Below, piece by piece: positions 40,539 to 44,231 of a DNA stretch of 44,231 nucleotides; the first letter of the stretch is position 1; each line of letters starts with the position of its first letter. Made by a program: the position numbers and the translations under genes. Source of the stretch: a virus. Location: the IMG/VR virus record IMGVR_UViG_3300003830_000002. One strand, 5' to 3'. The notes under the pieces are model-generated. The model worked only from the letters and a program-made list of their open reading frames with translations, did not search any database and had not been told where the DNA came from.

Positions 40539-41795
40539 ATGCCTATCTTGAGATTAGCTTTTGACCGAACAGCACGCCGGATTGACGCCGACGGGCGTTT
40601 GCACGTCGACCGCTCCCATATCTCCAAGGCCACGGTCAACCCCTATTACGGCAAAGAGATTCCGGGATTTGATGCCCTGGGCCTGCAGCCTGATACGGTT
40701 TACCGCTTGCTTCGTGACCCTGTGGAACTTGAGCGCGGCGCCCCCAGCTTTGCGCGCCTTCCAATTCTCTCCGAACATGTCCCCGTTACCGTGGATGCGC
40801 CCCGCCCCGATCTGGTCGTCGGCGCTATCGGTTCCGAAATAACTTTTTCCGCCCCCTATCTTGACGCTGATTTATGCGTATGGGACGCGACCGCAATTGC
40901 TGGCATTGAAACTGACAAGGTGCGGGAACTTTCGTGCGCTTATCGTTACGTGCCAGTCATGGAGCCGGGTGAATTTGAAGGCCAGGCGTACGACGGCCGC
41001 ATGACGGAAATTCAAGGAAATCACCTGGCGTTAGTTGAGGTCGGCCGCGCTGGGTCTGATGTAGTTGTGGCCGACCGTAACCCTTTCACTTTCAAGGAAT
41101 CCGCCATGAAGATGACCAAACTGGGCAAGGCCCTTTTTGCGGCATTGTGCGCGGCCTCTCCTGTACTGGCAGCGGATTCCGCTTTGCCTGCACTGGTAGG
41201 CCCCGCAACCCGCAAGAATTTTAAAACCGCCGACGTCCGGGCCAAACTTTTGGCCCTCGACGCTTCGCTCGATTCAAACAAACTCGACGCCGTTCTCGAC
41301 GCGATTTTGGACGTTGAGCAAGAGCCGAAGGCAGTCGAAACCCCGGCCGCCGCCGCTGATGAATCGCCAGCCGACAAGGTTCGCGCCATGCTGGCCGGTA
41401 AAGTTGACGATGAAACTTTGAACGCTATTTGCGCCCTCATTGCACCACCGGCCGCCGCCGCTGATTCCGACCCGGTCGACCCCGGCATGAAGAAAGAGGA
41501 AGTAACCGCGGCAATGGACGGTTTGCGTAAAGACTTGCGCGAAGCCGAAGAGGCCCGCCGTGATGTTCGCGCAATCGTTGGCGACGTCATGGGTATGGAT
41601 TCGGCCGCCGAAGTCTACGGCTTCGCCCTGGACCACATGAAGGTCGACCGCAAGGATGTTGAAGGCGCCCCGGCCCTTCGCGCACTCTTCAAGGTCGCCG
41701 CTTCCAAGTCTGCCACTCCGGCCCCGCGCATCGCTCAAGATGCTGGCGGCCTGGATAAGCAGTTTCCGGGCGCCGCCCGTTTCCGTAACGCTTAA
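40539..41795 (+). CDS. Prohead protease/scaffold protein (DUF2213-like N-terminal domain with Ala/Asp-rich C-terminal half)
   Basis: RRIDADGRLHVDRSHISKATVNPYYGKEIPG matches the DUF2213 N-terminal pattern. The C-terminal half is helical and charged, like a scaffold. Confidence 0.7.
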   Translation: MPILRLAFDRTARRIDADGRLHVDRSHISKATVNPYYGKEIPGFDALGLQPDTVYRLLRDPVELERGAPSFARLPILSEHVPVTVDAPRPDLVVGAIGSEITFSAPYLDADLCVWDATAIAGIETDKVRELSCAYRYVPVMEPGEFEGQAYDGRMTEIQGNHLALVEVGRAGSDVVVADRNPFTFKESAMKMTKLGKALFAALCAASPVLAADSALPALVGPATRKNFKTADVRAKLLALDASLDSNKLDAVLDAILDVEQEPKAVETPAAAADESPADKVRAMLAGKVDDETLNAICALIAPPAAAADSDPVDPGMKKEEVTAAMDGLRKDLREAEEARRDVRAIVGDVMGMDSAAEVYGFALDHMKVDRKDVEGAPALRALFKVAASKSATPAPRIAQDAGGLDKQFPGAARFRNA

Positions 41796-41809
41796 AAGGA
41801 GTCACCACC

Positions 41810-42718
41810 ATGAGCGGCTTTCAAAAAACGGTCAACCTGACTCCCGCCCCCGCGGTAGCTGGTGACTTTGCATCATCCAATCCACGGGCGACCGTGCTGG
41901 CTGGTCCTGGCGGCCTTGTTGCTGGCCTGGGCGGCGTCACCGTTGGTAAATTCGCATGGGTCGATACTGACGGCATTACTGTCCAAAGTTTCGGCACCAA
42001 AGCGACGGCCCCTTCGGGTTTCGTTCACCGCGAACAGCAAGCCTTGATTCAAACCTATTTGGCTGAATCGGGCATGAACATTCCGCAGGGCTTCCCCGTC
42101 ACGCTGCACAATGAGGGCGACTTTTGGGCCGTCAATGGTGGCGCGGGCGCATTCAGTGTGGGCGACGCGGTTTATGCGAACTACGCCGACGGCACCGTCG
42201 CACAATCGGCGGCCACGAATGCCACGGCGACCGGCTCCATGGGTGCAACCTTCACCGCTTCGGGCTCCGGCACGAACTTGACCGTTTCCGCGGTTACTGG
42301 CGTGCTGACCGTTGGCGAGACTTTGAGCGGCACCGGCATTCCAGCCGGTACGACCATCGTTTCGCAAACCAGCGGCACCACTGGCGGCGCGGGCGTCTAT
42401 GTCACCAGTGTGGCGACCACAATCTCCGCGGCAACCGCGACCAGCTTCGGCAATGTGCTGACCGTTACCGCCGTTGCATCCGGCTCCCTGGATATTGGCG
42501 AATCCGTGACCGGCACCGGCATTCCCGCTGGCGCTGTGCTGGCTTCGCAAATTTCCGGTGCAACCGGCGGCGTCGGCGTATATACCCTGAGCCTTCCGGC
42601 CACGGCGTATGCTGCTTCCACCACCGTGACCAGTGTCGGCGGCGTAGCTGCTACCAACTGGAAAGCGCAATCGGCCGCCGCTGTGGGCGAACTCGTCAAA
42701 ATCTCTACCTGGGGTTAA
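41810..42718 (+). CDS. Head decoration-like protein with an internal tandem duplication
   Basis: AAAGGAG Shine-Dalgarno. It lies between scaffold and capsid genes. Two units of about 56 aa share LTV.AV.G.L..GE...GTGIPAG......Q.SG.TGG.GVY. Confidence 0.6.
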   Translation: MSGFQKTVNLTPAPAVAGDFASSNPRATVLAGPGGLVAGLGGVTVGKFAWVDTDGITVQSFGTKATAPSGFVHREQQALIQTYLAESGMNIPQGFPVTLHNEGDFWAVNGGAGAFSVGDAVYANYADGTVAQSAATNATATGSMGATFTASGSGTNLTVSAVTGVLTVGETLSGTGIPAGTTIVSQTSGTTGGAGVYVTSVATTISAATATSFGNVLTVTAVASGSLDIGESVTGTGIPAGAVLASQISGATGGVGVYTLSLPATAYAASTTVTSVGGVAATNWKAQSAAAVGELVKISTWG

Positions 42719-42721
42719 ACC

Positions 42722-43762
42722 ATGAATCCAATCCTTCAAGCACTGATGGAACGCGCCGGGGTCCATTTCATGGGCCAGCCCGGCGTCGACTTCCAAAGCC
42801 CTGGCGCATCCTTGCGCCTGGCACACGACGGCTTTGCGTGCGACGCACAGCCCGCCCTTATCACCACCAGCAATGCCGGTATTCCGGCCTTCCTGACTAC
42901 CTTTATCGACCCGAAACTGATTGAAATTTTGGTTTCCCCGATGAAGGCGGCCGAAGTTGTCGGCGGCGAAGTCAAAAAGGGCGATTGGACCACCGAAACG
43001 GCAATGTTCCCGGTTGTGGAATCCACGGGCGAAACTTCGTCGTATGGTGACTACTCCGAAAACGGCCAAGCCGGCGTCAACTCCAATTTCCCGCAACGCC
43101 AAAGCTATCATTATCAAGTGATGACGCAATGGGGTGAACGCGAACTGGAACGCGCCGGCTTGGCCCGCATCGACTGGGCCAATCGCATGAACATTGCGTC
43201 GATTCTGACCCTGAACAAGTTTCAGAATAAGACGTATTTCTTCGGCGTGTCCGGCCTGCAAAACTATGGCCTGCTGAACGACCCGAACCTGTCCGCCGCT
43301 ATCGTGCCCACCACGAAGACCGCGGGTGGCACGGGCTGGGCGAATGCCACGGCGCAAGAAATCAATTCGGACGTGCAAAAGCTCTACAAGCAATTGCAAA
43401 CCCAAGCGGGCGGCCTGGTTGAACTCGACACCAAGATGACCTTGGCAATGTCCCCAATTTCGGAAGTCTATTTGACCAAGACGACCGACTTCAATGTCAA
43501 CGTGCAGGACATTCTGAAAAAGAATTTCCCCAATTTGACCGTGAAGACCGCGCCGGAATACACCACGGCGTCCGGGGAACTGGTGCAACTGATCGTGGAC
43601 GAAGTGGAAGGCCAGCGCACGGCCGACACCGCTTTTACCGAAAAGCTCCGCGCCCACCCAATCGTCGTGCAGTCTTCCAGCTTCAAGCAAAAGAAGTCGC
43701 AAGGCACCTGGGGCACCGTGATTTTCCGCCCCGCCTTCATTGCCCAAATGTTGGGTGTGTAA
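42722..43762 (+). CDS. Major capsid protein (DUF2184-like)
   Basis: 346 aa. In my recollection this family partners with DUF2213. It is followed by a strong terminator. Confidence 0.75.
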   Translation: MNPILQALMERAGVHFMGQPGVDFQSPGASLRLAHDGFACDAQPALITTSNAGIPAFLTTFIDPKLIEILVSPMKAAEVVGGEVKKGDWTTETAMFPVVESTGETSSYGDYSENGQAGVNSNFPQRQSYHYQVMTQWGERELERAGLARIDWANRMNIASILTLNKFQNKTYFFGVSGLQNYGLLNDPNLSAAIVPTTKTAGGTGWANATAQEINSDVQKLYKQLQTQAGGLVELDTKMTLAMSPISEVYLTKTTDFNVNVQDILKKNFPNLTVKTAPEYTTASGELVQLIVDEVEGQRTADTAFTEKLRAHPIVVQSSSFKQKKSQGTWGTVIFRPAFIAQMLGV

Positions 43763-43771
43763 GTAAGCAAT

Positions 43772-43797
43772 CCGGGGGCTTCGGCCCCTGGGTTTTA
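43772..43797 (+). terminator. Rho-independent terminator after the capsid gene
   Basis: CCGGGGGC-ttcg-GCCCCTGG forms an 8-bp stem with one G-U pair and a TTCG loop, followed by gTTTTa. Confidence 0.7.
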
Positions 43798-43815
43798 ATC
43801 GCAAACTAGGAGAGT

Positions 43816-44166
43816 TTGAAAATGGCAAAAATCGTCGTAGTGGGTTGCAAATTGCCCCACGGTATCGTCATTCAGCACCCCATGGACCCGACCAAAAAGG
43901 TCGAATTGGCGGGCAAAAACAAAGCCCTGATTGTGGGCTCAGATTACGCCACGACCGAAGTCGACGGGGACTTTTGGGAACAATGGGCCGCAGTCAATAA
44001 AGAATTTTCGGCCGTCAAGTCCGGCGCCATCTTTGTCGCAAAAAGCGCAACCGATGCGGCCGCAATCGCCGCCGAATTCAAGGAACGCAAAACCGGCTTT
44101 GAGCCCATGCGTACCGACGGCAAAGACGAACGCGCAAGCGGCGTGAAGCCAGCCGACAAGGACTAA
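43816..44166 (+). CDS. Hypothetical head-module protein
   Basis: AGGAGAG Shine-Dalgarno; 116 aa; between the capsid gene and the DUF4054-like gene. Confidence 0.6.
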   Translation: MKMAKIVVVGCKLPHGIVIQHPMDPTKKVELAGKNKALIVGSDYATTEVDGDFWEQWAAVNKEFSAVKSGAIFVAKSATDAAAIAAEFKERKTGFEPMRTDGKDERASGVKPADKD

Positions 44167-44170
44167 GACC

Positions 44171-44231
44171 ATGACCGCCGTAGTATTCGACCCGGTAGCC
44201 TTCAAAGCCCGCTATCCCGAATTTGCGGCGG
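44171..44231 (+). CDS. 5' end of DUF4054-like head-tail connector gene (continues at 1-395)
   Basis: ATG at 44171 follows AAGGA. Its codon phase matches the 72-395 ORF once the 57-bp overlap is collapsed. Confidence 0.7.
   Translation, partial: MTAVVFDPVAFKARYPEFAA
44175..44231. repeat. Contig-end overlap, copy 2 (identical to 1-57)
   Basis: Same 57-mer as 1-57. This is most simply an assembly circularisation overlap; a short real terminal redundancy cannot be excluded. Confidence 0.95.

Larger units (their letters stand above)
1..44231. mobile_element. Complete, circularly closed genome of a tailed dsDNA phage with a contractile-tail gene set (about 44,174 unique bp)
   Basis: Exact 57-bp overlap of the two contig ends. 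One gene reads across the junction. A full complement of terminase, portal, capsid, sheath/tube/baseplate, lysis and replication genes is present, with no flanking host genes. Confidence 0.85.

Noticed and set aside
41873-43828. 651-aa minus-strand ORF, the longest ORF in this region
   Set aside because: It lies antisense to the decoration and capsid genes, which have ribosome-binding sites, tight coupling and recognisable families. Its product is Arg/Gly/His-rich low complexity, typical of antisense frames in GC-rich DNA.

Overview
This window is a whole phage genome, not a chromosomal fragment. Bases 1-57 recur exactly at 44175-44231, and a gene starting at ATG 44171 reads in phase across that junction into 1-395. 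The contig is therefore a circular assembly of about 44,174 unique bp. It is GC-rich and tightly packed, with many ATGA/TAATG start-stop overlaps. Layout: (i) 44171/1-14854 (+) holds neck, contractile tail, baseplate, tail fibre and lysis genes. These include sheath, tube, a chaperone with a -1 frameshift, a tape measure with a lysozyme-like domain, spike, Baseplate-J-like and DUF2612-like proteins, a beta-helix tail fibre, an M15 endolysin, holin candidates and embedded spanins. (ii) 14778-23097 (-) is an early/replication operon with a family-B DNA polymerase, dCMP deaminase, MazG-like protein, gp2.5/DUF2815-like SSB, DUF2800-like nuclease and an Ala/Pro-rich protein. (iii) 23188-33663 is a mixed-strand early region. 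It carries an orphan DPPY methyltransferase, SF2 helicase, VRR-NUC, a PAPS-reductase-like gene interrupted at a G7 run, a short TetR-like HTH, a primase-helicase, a pentapeptide-repeat protein, a ParB-like protein and a zinc-ribbon protein. (iv) 34018-44166 (+) holds packaging and head genes: terS, terL, DUF1073-like portal, Mu-F-like protein, a low-GC two-gene insertion, DUF2213-like protease/scaffold, decoration protein and DUF2184-like capsid protein. I saw no integrase, CI-like repressor, tRNA or CRISPR array. The best leads are these. A 19-bp palindromic operator sits inside the spacer of three near-consensus promoters. One of those promoters drives a pentapeptide-repeat gene built from 16 near-identical 15-bp units, followed by a ParA-less ParB-like gene. 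An unassignable low-GC two-gene cassette is wedged into the head module. Tandem palindromes and a GGGGTA motif cluster lie in the AT-rich region upstream of terS. A homopolymer frameshift splits the PAPS-reductase-like gene. All family names come from motif recognition by eye; no database search or computation beyond hand counting was possible.
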